Shown here: positions 22,781 to 33,873 of the stretch, piece by piece
How the letters are laid out: each line of letters begins with the position of its first letter
Position numbering within the stretch: position 1 is the first letter of the stretch
From: Chloroflexota bacterium
GTDB lineage: Bacteria; Chloroflexota; UBA11872; VXNJ01
Direction of reading: 5' to 3'
Assembly (NCBI GenBank): GCA_965261345.1
Contig: OZ253449.1
Span: 1,280,001 to 1,344,000 of the forward strand
DNA length: 64,000 nucleotides
The notes under the pieces: model-generated
Told to the model about the DNA's origin: nothing
Database searches by the model: none
The model's input: only the letters and a program-made list of their open reading frames with translations
Translations under genes and position numbers: made by a program

Positions 22781-23554
22781 TTCAAGACGATTGCTATGGC
22801 TACAAGCGCATCACCGCCCTGCTTAAACGCTCGGGCTGGAAACTGAACCGCAAGCGGGTCCTGCGCATCTGGCGCCGGGAGGGACTATAAAGTCCCGATC
22901 CGGAGCGCCAAGCAGTCGCGCCGCTGGCTCGAGGGCGGGAGATCAACCCGCCTTATCTCCGAGCGTCCCAACCACGTCTGGGCCTACGACTTCGCCTACG
23001 CGCGCACCGAGGACGGCCGGCCCCTGCGGATCCTGACCGTAGTCGACGAGTTCACCCGCCAATCCTTAGCGGTAAGGGTCGAGCATACGTTCCCTGCCCG
23101 CGGCGTGATCGAGACAATCGCCGACCTCATGCTCGCCCACGGGGTCCCCGGGCACATCCGCTCTGGCAACGGTCCCGAATTTACTGCCCACAGCGATACG
23201 GAAATGTCTATCGGCAAATCAGGTCAAGACCGTCTACATCAAGCCCGGCGCCCCCTGGGAGAACGCCTATGCGGAATCGTTCATCTCCAGGCTCCGGGAC
23301 GAGCTCCCGACCGCGAGATCTTCTACACGCTCGTAGAAGCCAGGGTGATGCTGGAACGCTTCCGGATCGACTACAGCACCGTGCGTCCACACTCAGCGCT
23401 CGGTTACCTATCGCCCCTGGAAGCCATCGAGGCGGCGGCGTGAGGGATCAACTGCCGGTCGCAATCCGGCTGCTGCTGGCCGGCCCAAAAATCAGCCTCG
23501 CCGCCAACAAGACAATGTCTCAAACCAACTGGTACCAAAACCGGGGACCTGCCA

Positions 23555-23934
23555 ATCGACGAATTTGGCATGTGGAATTACGACCGCGATGCCCTTCTTC
23601 TCGCTGATCTCAGAACGTTACCTAAGGAGCGGCACCATCCTTACATCCAACAAAGGCATCGCCGATTGGGGTGATGTCCTGGGAGATCACGCCGTAGCCT
23701 CCGCGATCGTCGATCGCATGCTCCACCACTGCCATACCATCACCATAAAGGGAAGCAGCTACCGACTAAAAGAAAAGCGCCGGGCCGGTTTGATTGCACC
23801 GGTTTCTGCTCCAGTCGTGGACAAAGACCAGATCCTGGCCGACGATTCCTAACTCAAACCAAAACTAGACTGGCGAAAGCGAGGTGACAACTACAAGTGA
23901 GACCGCGTGGGTCAAGTTGAAACAGCCCCTGACA
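23555..23934 (+). pseudogene. istB: IS21-family istB 3' fragment and element end
   Basis: GTILTSNKGIADWGDVLGDHAVASAIVDRMLHHCHTITIKGSSYRLKE; ends ...CCTGACA. Confidence 0.85.
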
Positions 23935-24260
23935 ATTTTGCCGAGTCCAATGGCGACAACAGAGGCATTTGTGAGTAGATCCGCAGCTTCACCCAAGGGC
24001 AAACTGAGGGCTAAAAACGCCTAACAATTCCACTCGAAAGTTCCGGAATTTCCACAGCTATGCGGGTGCAATTTCGATCGCCTTCAATTGTTTTGCGGCC
24101 AGTTGCCGACGTGGATGGAAGTCCGCATTCCAGTTAAGCCAAATGTCGATTGTGGATAAGGCGGTCATGGACCGACTCCAATCGGCCTTAATGGTTCAAT
24201 GACCGGCATTGCAATTGGAACGTGGGTGCGAACTGACAATTCGGTAACTACAATATCGTA

Positions 24261-24569
24261 ATGGCTTTTTGTGATCTATTGCGGTGGGAATGGGACCTTG
24301 CAAAAGAACAGGTCAACATTCGCAGACATGGAATCGGGTTCGGGACCGCAATCAAAGTCTTTCAAGACCCCTTAGCTGCAACTCGCTCGGATCCGCATAA
24401 AGAGGAACGGCGATTGCGAACAATTGGGGTCATTGGGAATGTGACCGTCTTAGTCGTCCACACAGTTCCCGAATACGACGAAATCACTGCAACAGCGGTG
24501 GGTTGGATCATCAGTGCCAGGAAAGCAACAGCCGGAGAGAGGAATGCATGTGAAACAGAAGCGAACTAA
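24261..24569 (+). CDS. brnT: BrnT-family toxin
   Basis: WEWDLAKEQVNIRRHGIGF...EERRLRTIG...VVHT...IISARKAT. Confidence 0.85.
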   Translation: MAFCDLLRWEWDLAKEQVNIRRHGIGFGTAIKVFQDPLAATRSDPHKEERRLRTIGVIGNVTVLVVHTVPEYDEITATAVGWIISARKATAGERNACETEAN

Positions 24570-24828
24570 GCCCGTGGAGCAATGCGAAAGCGAAATTGCG
24601 CGATTGGCGAACTTGCCGGACGACCAGATCGATACGACGGATATTCCAGAAATACTCGATTGGTCGGACGCTCGTAGAGGCGTGTTTTATCGGCCTTTAA
24701 AGCAACAGATAACACTGCGATTGGATGCGGACGTCATCGCGTGGTTCAAAGCGCATGCGCCGAACGGCCGCGGATATCAAACGCACATTAATCGCGCGTT
24801 ACGAGAGCATGTTATGCGATCGCGCTAG
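24544..24828 (+). CDS. brnA: BrnA-family antitoxin
   Basis: KQQITLRLDADVIAWFK...GYQTHINRALRE; overlaps the toxin gene. Confidence 0.88.
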   Translation: MHVKQKRTKPVEQCESEIARLANLPDDQIDTTDIPEILDWSDARRGVFYRPLKQQITLRLDADVIAWFKAHAPNGRGYQTHINRALREHVMRSR

Positions 24829-24998
24829 CTTAATGTCCAAGCCGCGATCGTGAAACCAAAACAATCGTTTCAATTTATCGATTTGTCCGGCACCACGATC
24901 ACGATAGTTCAGCCATTGAATTCGCGGAAGGGAAGACCGTCACCGATCCCTCCGCACAGATCCGGAAGTGCCCGTTAGCGAATCCGAACTTACCTAAT

Positions 24999-25220
24999 GT
25001 GGTTGACGGCAAAGCGCGCGGCGCGCCATGTGTGGAAGATGGGGGATTGGGGCAAGAACTGATCAAACGGCGCTTGGAACGGGACGGGTGGTACTTGGAT
25101 CGTCACGGGTCAAATCACGACATATATTGCCATCCAACGATTGCGGGGATCATCACTTTGCCTCGCCACCAGGCCTTGTCAATTGGTTTCGCCGGGACAA
25201 TCGCGTCTAAAGCACGTTAG
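24999..25220 (+). CDS. hicA: HicA-family toxin (start unclear, possibly degraded)
   Basis: LERDGWYLDRHGSNHDIYCHP...ITLPRH. Confidence 0.7.
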   Translation: MVDGKARGAPCVEDGGLGQELIKRRLERDGWYLDRHGSNHDIYCHPTIAGIITLPRHQALSIGFAGTIASKAR

Positions 25221-25238
25221 GAGAACTAGGCTGCAAAC

Positions 25239-25646
25239 ATGAATCGGTATCCTGCCCTAATTGATGGCAGTGCTGGAGCTTACGGAGTCGTATTCCCCGA
25301 CGTACCGGGCAATTGCGCCATGGGAAACACGATTGACGAAGCGCTATTGGATGGCGAAGACGCGCTTCACGATTACGCAGTTGAAACCAGGCGCGACGGT
25401 GTTTCGCTTACTGAACCGACTCCATTGGAATCAATTGAAACTTCAACGGGTACCAAATTGGTGTCCATTCCTCCAATTGAGCCTTCCGCGAAGAGTGTTC
25501 GGGCCAGCCTAACGTTAGACGCAAGCGTAGCTGAATTCATCGACAACGAAGCTCGGCGCCGAGGGATGACTAGGAAGTCGTACATAACCTGGATGGCCCG
25601 GCGTTTCGCAGCAAAAAAGGGGGATGAATTATTGGGTCAGTCTTGA
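25239..25646 (+). CDS. hicB: HicB-family antitoxin
   Basis: YGVVFPDVPGNCAMGNTIDEAL plus C-terminal ribbon-helix-helix-like segment. Confidence 0.85.
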   Translation: MNRYPALIDGSAGAYGVVFPDVPGNCAMGNTIDEALLDGEDALHDYAVETRRDGVSLTEPTPLESIETSTGTKLVSIPPIEPSAKSVRASLTLDASVAEFIDNEARRRGMTRKSYITWMARRFAAKKGDELLGQS

Positions 25647-25888
25647 TCCCAAAAGTGCCCAATTTCGACTGAGACTCTGAACCCGTCGATCAGTTAGACA
25701 AAGATCTCCCGGATGTGGCGCTGATAGAAGATTTACCAGCGCAGGCTAATCGTTATGCAGTTTGTCTCTCGTAGATCGGCCGGCGCGTTGCTTCCGTAAC
25801 CCTGCTGAGAGGGCCCGGTCGTTTGCCAGGTTTGCCGCAAAGGCTATCCTGACCCATGGCCCGAACGCGACCTCTCTCCGATTTCGGC

Positions 25889-27181
25889 ATGCGTGGCATG
25901 TTTGACGACGCATCCGATGTGGACCGCACCGCGCCGTTGGCCGCACGGATGCGGCCTCGCACCCTGGACGAGATCGTCGGGCAGGTCCATCTGGTCGGAC
26001 CGGACGCCCCGCTCCGACGGGCGATTGAGGCCGATTCGCTCCCCTCTTGCATCCTCTGGGGACCGCCGGGCAGCGGGAAGACCTCAATGGCCCAGGTCAT
26101 TGCCCGCCTCACCGAAGCCCGATTCGCAACCGTTTCAGCCGTATCCAGCGGCGTTGCCCAATTGCGCAAGGTCATCGCCGCCGCCGAGATCCACCGCCGC
26201 GATCGGCGCGTCCCTACAACCCTCTTTATAGACGAGATACATCGTTTCAATAAGGCCCAGCAGGACGCCGTTCTGCCCGCCGTCGAGGACGGCACTATCA
26301 CCCTGATTGGCGCGACCACCGAAAACCCGTCCTTTGAAGTTGTGGCTCCGCTGCTCAGCCGGGCGCGCGTTTTCAAACTCGAACTGCTCGAGCGTGACGA
26401 CATCAAAGTTCTGCTGCGCCGCGCCATCGTGGATGACCAGCGTGGACTGGGCGCGGACAGGCCGCAGATCGAAGACGATGCAATCGATGCTCTGGCGACG
26501 CTCGGCGCCGGCGACGCGCGGGTCGCGCTTAACACGCTTGAGGCTGCAGCCCGCGATGCCGCGGCCCAGGGACAAGCGGTCACTGTCGAGACCATCATCG
26601 CGGTTGCCCAGAGAGCCCTGCCCTACGACAAGGGCGGGGATGCCCACTTCGACACCATCTCCGCCTTCATCAAGTCAGTTCGCGGCTCTGATCCGCACGC
26701 CGCGGTCTACTGGCTCGCGAGGATGCTTGAGGCGGGCGAGGACCCCATGTTCGTTGCTCGACGCATCGTCATCCTCGCTTCCGAGGACGTCGGTCTTGCC
26801 GATCCCCGGGCACTATCCGTGGCCGTCGCCGCGCAACAAGCTACGCATTTGATCGGCATGCCTGAGTGTTCGCTTGTCCTCTCCGAAGCCGCCATTTACC
26901 TGGCCCGCGCGCCCAAGAGCAACTCTGCGACGAAGGCCTACGCCGCCGCCGCCGCCGCGGTTCGTGAGCTTGGTGCATTGCCGGTCCCGCTCCACCTGCG
27001 CAACGCTGCCACCAGCCTAATGGCCAACCATGGTTATGGCCGCGGTTACCAGTACGCACATGACTACGAGGGCGCGGTTGCCCCCAACCAGCAGCATTTG
27101 CCGGACGCTCTGCGCGACTCAAAGTTTTACGAGCCAACTGAACGCGACACGAGTTCCGGCACCCGGGATTTAGACCGCTAA
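25889..27181 (+). CDS. rarA: Replication-associated recombination protein A (RarA/MgsA)
   Basis: PLAARMRP, WGPPGSGKT, FIDEIHRFNKAQQD, GATTENP, ISAFIKSVRGSD, SEDVGLAD; start approximate. Confidence 0.95.
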   Translation: MRGMFDDASDVDRTAPLAARMRPRTLDEIVGQVHLVGPDAPLRRAIEADSLPSCILWGPPGSGKTSMAQVIARLTEARFATVSAVSSGVAQLRKVIAAAEIHRRDRRVPTTLFIDEIHRFNKAQQDAVLPAVEDGTITLIGATTENPSFEVVAPLLSRARVFKLELLERDDIKVLLRRAIVDDQRGLGADRPQIEDDAIDALATLGAGDARVALNTLEAAARDAAAQGQAVTVETIIAVAQRALPYDKGGDAHFDTISAFIKSVRGSDPHAAVYWLARMLEAGEDPMFVARRIVILASEDVGLADPRALSVAVAAQQATHLIGMPECSLVLSEAAIYLARAPKSNSATKAYAAAAAAVRELGALPVPLHLRNAATSLMANHGYGRGYQYAHDYEGAVAPNQQHLPDALRDSKFYEPTERDTSSGTRDLDR

Positions 27182-27394
27182 GGCACGGGCGATCCTTCGG
27201 GGGCCACTCCGCCGATGTCACCCACGCGATTGCGGTAACGCTTCAATGATTGGCACCGGTGCCACGGGTTCAGGTGCCTGCTGGCGCACGCGACCGGTCT
27301 ACTTGGCCGAAGAATTCGGTGAGATAGGCGTACGCTTGGCCACTGCCATTGCCCACCGGTCATACGGTCGGCAATCCCCCCGCCCCGCAGCTTG

Positions 27395-28759
27395 TGGCAG
27401 GTCCCCGGTTTTGGTACCAGGTGGTTTGAGACATTGTCTTGTGGGAGGGTGCCGCCAGCTCTCCTGCAGGAGAGCTGGCGGCGAAGCTGATATTGCGGCC
27501 GCCCGTAGCACCCACGAAGACGGACGCCAGGCCGTCGATGAGGCCGGCCAGCAGCAGCCGGATTGCAACCGGAAGTTGATCCATCACGCCGCCGCCTCGA
27601 TCGCTTCCAGGGGCGCCAGGTAGCCGAGCGCCGAGTGCGGGCGCACGGTGTTGTAGTCGATCCGGAAGCGCTCCAGCATCACCCTGGCTTCTTCGAGGGT
27701 GAAGAATATCTCGCGGTCCAGGAGCTCGTCGCGGAGCTTGGATATGAACGATTCCGCATAGGCGTTCTCCCAGGGCGCTCCGGGCTTTATGTAGACGGTC
27801 TTGACGCTGTTGCCAGATAGCCATTGCCTTATCGCTTTGGCGGTAAATTCGGGGCCGTTGTCAGAGCGGATGTGCTCGGGGACCCCGTGGATGAGCATGA
27901 GGTCGGCGATTGTCTCGATCACGTCCCGGGCAGGGAAGGATCGGGCCGCCCGGGCCGCTAAGGCCACGCGGGTGAACTCATCGACCACGGTAAGGATCCG
28001 CAGTGGTCTGCCGTCCTCGGTGCGCTGGTTAAGCAAAGTCGTAGGCCCAGACGTGATTCGGGCGCTCGGCCATAAGCCGCGTAGAGCGTCCGTTCTCCAG
28101 CCAGAGGCGCGACTTCTTGACCTTTCGGATCGGGACCTTAAGGCCCTGCGCGCGCCAGATGCGCAATACCCGTTTGCGGTTCAGTTTCCAGCCCGAGTGT
28201 TTAAGCAGGGCGGTGATGCGCTTGTAGCCATAGCGGGGGTGCTTGAGGGAAAGCATCCTGATCTCGGCTACGAGGTTGTCCTGCTCCGGATCGGGTTTTG
28301 GGATGTAGCGCTGGGTGCGGCGCGATTGGCCCAGCACCCGGCAGGCTCTTCGTTCAGACACCGGGAACTTGGCCCGGACGTGGTCGACGCACTTGCGCCG
28401 CCGCTCCGGGCTTAGAAGTTTCCTTAAGGCCTCTCATTGAAGGATCTGGTTGTCGAGCGTTAGATCGGCCACCGCGTGTTTTAAGCGCTTGTTCTCCTCG
28501 CGCAGGCGCTTGTTCTCCTTGGCCTCGGCGAGCGTCATCCCGCCGTAGCGGGAGCGCCAGCGGTAATAGGTCTGGACGTTGATCGCCGCCTTGCGGCAGC
28601 TCTGCTCGACGGTGTCGCCCTGGGCGACACCAAGCTCTATGGCCCGGAGCTTGTTGATGATCTGTTCGGGCGAGTACTTTCGCTTCGCCATTGCAGTCCC
28701 CTTTCGTTGGAACCAGATTATTCACATTCCCTCTGGTACCAATGAGGGGGAGCCGGCCA
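27395..28759 (-). mobile_element. IS3-family element, inactivated copy
   Basis: TG...CA inverted repeats; 4-bp target duplication CTTG (27391-27394, 28760-28763); premature stops in orfA and orfB relative to 53663-55020. Confidence 0.92.
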
Positions 28760-29013
28760 CTTGGACGCGGCAATATTGATTGGTCCGCAATGTATTCAAC
28801 CAGGGCTTGGCCACTACACAAAGGCTGGCTTCCGGGCGCGCTGGAGTGTGCGACCGCCCCTCCTGATGCCGCGGCCGGGACGCTGGTAACATAGGCGCGC
28901 GCTCTTCAATAATGTATTTCGGTTAAGAAAAGCGATGTGTCAGGCCGAAGCATCCAGATCGGCCGATCTGGGATTGTGTCGTCAACAAGCCTGCCAAGCA
29001 AGGAATCTGAACT

Positions 29014-29961
29014 ATGGGAATCGACCCGGCGTTGTTTCGTCCCGAGGCGATCAGTGCGGAAATGCGGGCCTTTAATGCCCGCCTGGGGGAATTGATGGCC
29101 CAGGACCCGGGTGAGGAAATCACACCCGAGTACATGCGGCGGCGGCGGCGCGAGGGCAGCCCCTAGCAGATACCACAGCGCAGGCTCGATGTTGGAATCG
29201 ATGACAGTTGCCCCGGACCCGACGGGCCGGTTCCGCTGCGAATTTTTGTGCCCGAGCGCTGCGAGGGCGTTTACCTTCACATCCACGGTGGAGGATGGGT
29301 GTTCGGTGGCGCCGATCTTGAGGACGAAAGTCACTGGCGTAGGGCCCAGGAGTGCAACGTAGCGGTGGTAAGCGTGGAGTACCGACTTGCGCCCGAGCAC
29401 CCGTACCCGGCCGCACCTGACGACTGCGAGGCGGCCGCGATCTGGCTGGTCGAAAACGCGTCCAAACGTTTTGGGTCAGATCGGCTTCTCATCGGGGGTG
29501 AATCAGCTGGAGGGAATCTTTCGGCGGTCACCCTGCTGCGGATGCGCGATAAGCACGGGTTCACCGGCTGGTCGGGCGCCGACCTGATGTACGGCGCCTA
29601 CGAATTCGCCGGCGGCACTCCGGCGCGAGAGATAGTCGGACGCAACAGCCTGGTGCTGCGAGCAGAAACGATGGAACGCACGTTGCGGAGCTACTTTGGT
29701 TCCGTCGATCTCACTGATCCGGACGTTTCGCCGCTACGGGCCTGCCTGCACGACATGCCGCCGGCGCTGTTTAGCTGCGGTACCGCCGATCCGCTAATCG
29801 ACGACACCCTTTTCATGCACGCGCGCTGGATCGCAGCGGGCATCCGGGCCAAGATCGCGATCTACGCGGGGGCCACCCACGCCTTCGATGATTTCAAGGC
29901 ACCGCCGACGGAGTCGTCCCACCAGCGTCGATTCGAGTTCATCCGCAGCGTCCTGGCGTGA
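29014..29961 (+). pseudogene. HSL-family alpha/beta hydrolase with one in-frame amber stop
   Basis: HGGGW, VEYRLAPEHPYPAA, GESAGG; ATG 29014 has an RBS and is in frame, interrupted by TAG at 29164. Confidence 0.75.
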
Positions 29962-30162
29962 TCTGACGGGAACTGATCCGAACCCTTTAAGAGACCCCAT
30001 CCTCGTGGCGGTTGCAAAATCAGCCGCCCAGATGCGCGAGTTCCGCCGGGACCTGATCGTGCCGCGGCATCGGCGCAAACGCTGGACAATTGCCCCGACC
30101 GAGGGCGGATGCAGCCCGGTGCCGCGCTTGAATCTGCAGGCGTTACTAGTGTCGACGGCGTC

Positions 30163-30570
30163 CTAGGCCAGATTCACCTGCCAGCTCACTCCGAAACGGT
30201 CGTTGATCCAACCAAATTTTCGGCTGAATCCGTAGGTATCAGCCGGCATTAGCAGCTTGCCCGCTTCCGCCAACCCGCCAAAGATGCGTTCGAATTCGGG
30301 CTCGCTTTCAACCTCAATAAATAGCGAAAGCGACGGCGTAAACGAGAACTGGTGCGCGACGGCGCTGTCGATTGCCATTACTTCGAGCCCGTCAATTGAG
30401 AACCGAACCAGCCGAACCGTCCCCGCATCGCCATTTTCATCTCCGGGGCCGTAACGGTCGATTTCAATCACGCGCGAACGCGGAATAAGCTCCACGTAAA
30501 AATTGATCGCTTCTTCGGCTCGACTGTGCTGTTCACCAGCAAACATTAGGAATGGCGCAATTTTTTGCAT
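30163..30570 (-). CDS. VOC-family protein (PhnB / 3-dmu-9 3-methyltransferase-like)
   Basis: QKIAPFLMF..AEEAINFY...FSFTPSLSLF...FGWINDRFGVSWQ. Confidence 0.88.
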   Translation of the reverse strand: MQKIAPFLMFAGEQHSRAEEAINFYVELIPRSRVIEIDRYGPGDENGDAGTVRLVRFSIDGLEVMAIDSAVAHQFSFTPSLSLFIEVESEPEFERIFGGLAEAGKLLMPADTYGFSRKFGWINDRFGVSWQVNLA

Positions 30571-31164
30571 TGTTCCTGCAGCTTCATTTGCCCGCGGGGT
30601 CCGGCGGGATTATTGCTGGCCGGACGGGTCGATCGGGATCCGAGCCAGAAAACGCCCAATTCTTGAATTGTTCCCGAGGACAGCAGATCCGATACCGTGT
30701 GGATGCGGGAGCGGCCTTCGATACCGAAATCAGGCCTGGTTGCCGCGGCAGGACTTGCCCGCTGTCGCCCGGCTCGGTGCTTGGGGCGGTCTGATCCGGA
30801 GTTAGCTCGATCGCCTTTTTTTGATAGATCTGGATCCTGAACGCGCCAAGGTCGGCGACGAACAGTCTTATCTGCTCGTCCACCAATACCGAATCGGACC
30901 CGCATCGCGGCCGGTCCATGCTATTCGGGCGCGGTCCGGCCAGGTTTGGACCCGCGCACTCAAGACGCTGTACCCGGGTCTGTCCCGCCCGTTTGTCTTT
31001 CGATCGCGCAACACCTCGAAGGTTTTCCACCAACGCTTGCCGCGAAACCAAAGTTACCTACTTGCAAACCGGCGCAAAACGGGAATTGGCCAAATCGATA
31101 TTGCCTACCATCGATTCGGGAATATCTTCATTTGACTTGAGAACTGGACTGTTTGCCGATGCGG

Positions 31165-31536
31165 ATGCAACTTGGCGCTTTTTCGATCAGCCTCGCGGTT
31201 GCCGACATCGATGCTTCCTGCGCCTTCTACCAAAGATTCGGGTTCGAAGTCGTTGGCGGAGATCGCGAGCAGAACTGGTTCATCCTGCGCAACGGCGATC
31301 ACACCATCGGTCTTTTTCAGGGAATGTTTGAGAAGAACATCCTCACGTTCAATCCGGGTTGGGATAAATTCGCAAACCCGCTCGATTCGTTCACCGAAGT
31401 GCGGGACCTGCAGCGACGGCTCAAATCCGAGGGCCTAACACTTGCGAGTGAAGCCGACGAGAACGGTTCTGGCCCGGCCAGTTTTGTGGCCGTAGACCCC
31501 GACGGCAATCCAATCCTGGTCGATCAGCATGTATAG
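31165..31536 (+). CDS. VOC/glyoxalase-family protein
   Basis: [15 protein letters not shown]...[19 protein letters not shown]...[12 protein letters not shown]. Confidence 0.88.
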   Translation: MQLGAFSISLAVADIDASCAFYQRFGFEVVGGDREQNWFILRNGDHTIGLFQGMFEKNILTFNPGWDKFANPLDSFTEVRDLQRRLKSEGLTLASEADENGSGPASFVAVDPDGNPILVDQHV

Positions 31537-31711
31537 GGAATCGCGGTCTGCATAGATTGAGTAACCGCCTCAATCGCTATCGGTATTGACCAATTGCGGC
31601 TACCAAGGCGGGAACAATGGGATTTCCTTGTGTGGTAATCTGGCCGCCGTCGAAGGCGATTAATCCTGCCTCCGGCCGCAGTCATTCCATGCTGAACCAC
31701 CGAGGCAGGCT

Positions 31712-32836
31712 TTAGCGCCGGTCTTGCGCCTCCACCCAAGCGGTTACCCGCTCGTTGGCGGCTTTGATCAGGGGGACGTTGTCGGGATCCTCGCGTTCCA
31801 TCTCGTCGAGGAGTCCGCGCCTGCGGGCCTTGTTGCGCTGGTAGGCCCCGCAAAGGTGGAAGCCCACGCAACCAGGGTTCTGCTGCAGCTCGCCCAAAAC
31901 CGAGGCATACCAAGCGCCGTCGTTGGGCACGAATCCATCGGGGCCGACACTCCCTACGCGGGCGGCATCTGCCAGCAGAACTGGTTTGGCGGTGTTGCGG
32001 TGCCAATGGTCCAGGTGGGCGCCCGGTTGGAAAAAGTCCTGGAATGAGAGCACGTCCACGTACGGCATCGCCACTGTAACTATTTCATTAGCGAGCGGCG
32101 CATTGGCCTCATAGCGGTCGCCGAGGATGAGGTGATGCGGATCGTAGCGCCGGATGGCATCGTGCGTGGTCTTGTAATAGCGTCGCGCCAATTCGGCCAG
32201 TTCGCGGCGGCCGCTCTCACTGCCAAGAAGTTCTGGGTCAAAGATCGGTCCGCGCCACTTGTTTGGTTCTTGAACGTGCGTCCACGTTGGGCAGTCGCTG
32301 TAGAAGTAGCCAATCAGGTTGCTGTCTTCGCGCAATTCGGCGCAATGCGACCTGGCAACGTAGTCGGCCCATTCGCCCCACTGCGAGCTGCGGAAGTCAA
32401 AGTGGCGCGTGTGCTGTTCCCACTGGTGGGATTCGCTAAAAGGAAGCAGATGGCAGTACGGCATCGCCAGGGCGCGGTACTCGTCATTGGTAAATGGCCG
32501 CGAGTGCTGCCAATGCCGCACCGTCACTTCCTGCACCCATCCCACCGTATTGAAACCCCAACGGGTGAGGTTGGGAACCACCGATTCGCGGATCCAACGG
32601 GTGGTGCTGCCCCCGTAGCGGGTCTGCCAGATATGGACGTTTTCCGGATAGCGAAGACTGGCCGGATCAATGTGGTTGAGACCGAGCGAAAAGAATGGCT
32701 CGCCGTCGGGGGCAATGAACCACCAGCGGCCGTGCCGGCGGCCGAGGCTGAAGTATCCGGTGGGATCGGTCTGCGTGGTTCCAGCTGCGTGCTCGCCGAC
32801 TGGATCGGGTGCCGCAAGGTTTCGGAATGAAGTCAT
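31712..32836 (-). CDS. Agarase-like (GH50-related) glycoside hydrolase
   Basis: GRWWFIAPDGEPFFSLGLNHI, WGFNTVG, LIGYFYSD, AIRRYDPHHLILGDRY. Confidence 0.6.
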   Translation of the reverse strand: MTSFRNLAAPDPVGEHAAGTTQTDPTGYFSLGRRHGRWWFIAPDGEPFFSLGLNHIDPASLRYPENVHIWQTRYGGSTTRWIRESVVPNLTRWGFNTVGWVQEVTVRHWQHSRPFTNDEYRALAMPYCHLLPFSESHQWEQHTRHFDFRSSQWGEWADYVARSHCAELREDSNLIGYFYSDCPTWTHVQEPNKWRGPIFDPELLGSESGRRELAELARRYYKTTHDAIRRYDPHHLILGDRYEANAPLANEIVTVAMPYVDVLSFQDFFQPGAHLDHWHRNTAKPVLLADAARVGSVGPDGFVPNDGAWYASVLGELQQNPGCVGFHLCGAYQRNKARRRGLLDEMEREDPDNVPLIKAANERVTAWVEAQDRR

Positions 32837-33180
32837 CGCCCTCGCTCAGTGTGCGAAAAAGCCAAAGTGGCGGCGCGCTCCAGTGCCACCTGCGCGATCG
32901 GCGGGCATGGGGCGGAGCGTTCCGTTGCCGCACTAGCCAGCGTAAACCGCTCGCACGATGATTTGGGCGCAGCGATTCGACTCAGCGTAAATGGTATACG
33001 TAGATCAGGGCGGCGGCGCCAAGGCCTTGGCGCCGGGCAATCCGGGCGCGCTCCTGCGCCACTCCGGGAATGCTCAGTCGCAGGCGTCGATCCAGCGGGT
33101 GGGCGGTGAGACCGTGGGCCTTCGACGATTGGGGCTCGACGAACGATTCGGCGGACCAGGCTGCCCGAAGAAAGCCAAAT

Positions 33181-33873
33181 TTACGAAGCTATTCGTCCGA
33201 TTTCGGGCCACCCGCGCCATGTTCCCTCGAACCCTGCCACGCGATAGTCGGCGTCGGCATACCAAAGCTCGCCCGCGCGAATGGAGAGGCCGTGCGGAAA
33301 CGGGTCGTCGGGACCGAAGGTGATGCGGTCGATTTCCCGCCCGGATTCGGCGTCGTACTTCACTACCAATTTCTCGCCGGTATGCGCGCACCAGAGGCCG
33401 TCGCCTACGCGGGCCAGCCCATGCAATCGTGGCAGTTCGATCGGAAAACTCGCCAGCACGGCGTAACTGTCCCCGTCCACCAGGGTGATTGCTTGGGGAT
33501 TAAACGCCGTCAACCAGATATTCCCGTCATCCCATTCGAGGCCGTGGACGCCGCCGCCGTCAGGGGTCCTGAATCGGTCTACCATTTCGCCGGTCTGGGG
33601 GTCGAGCTTGAGCACCCAACCCAGCCCGGTGTCGGTGGGACGCGGGTCCCGCACCGCAGTCTTGCCGTTAGACGCCGTCCAGATAGAACCGCCGCCCGCG
33701 GTGATTCCGGAGCCGTTCTCAGTGGGCGATCCGATGGTGCGAACGGTTTCCCCGCGCTCGTTCAATACAAAGATGTCATCGGATTTCTGGTCCAACACGT
33801 ACAGTTCGTCACCCGCCCACTGCAGTCCGTTTGGGTGCACACAAGGCGAGTCGAATTTCTTGACCGGTTTCAT
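33181..33873 (-). CDS. Beta-propeller protein (glutamine cyclotransferase/YncE-like)
   Basis: Five repeats of the pattern [PH]xGL.W.G..LW..D. Confidence 0.6.
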   Translation of the reverse strand: MKPVKKFDSPCVHPNGLQWAGDELYVLDQKSDDIFVLNERGETVRTIGSPTENGSGITAGGGSIWTASNGKTAVRDPRPTDTGLGWVLKLDPQTGEMVDRFRTPDGGGVHGLEWDDGNIWLTAFNPQAITLVDGDSYAVLASFPIELPRLHGLARVGDGLWCAHTGEKLVVKYDAESGREIDRITFGPDDPFPHGLSIRAGELWYADADYRVAGFEGTWRGWPEIGRIAS

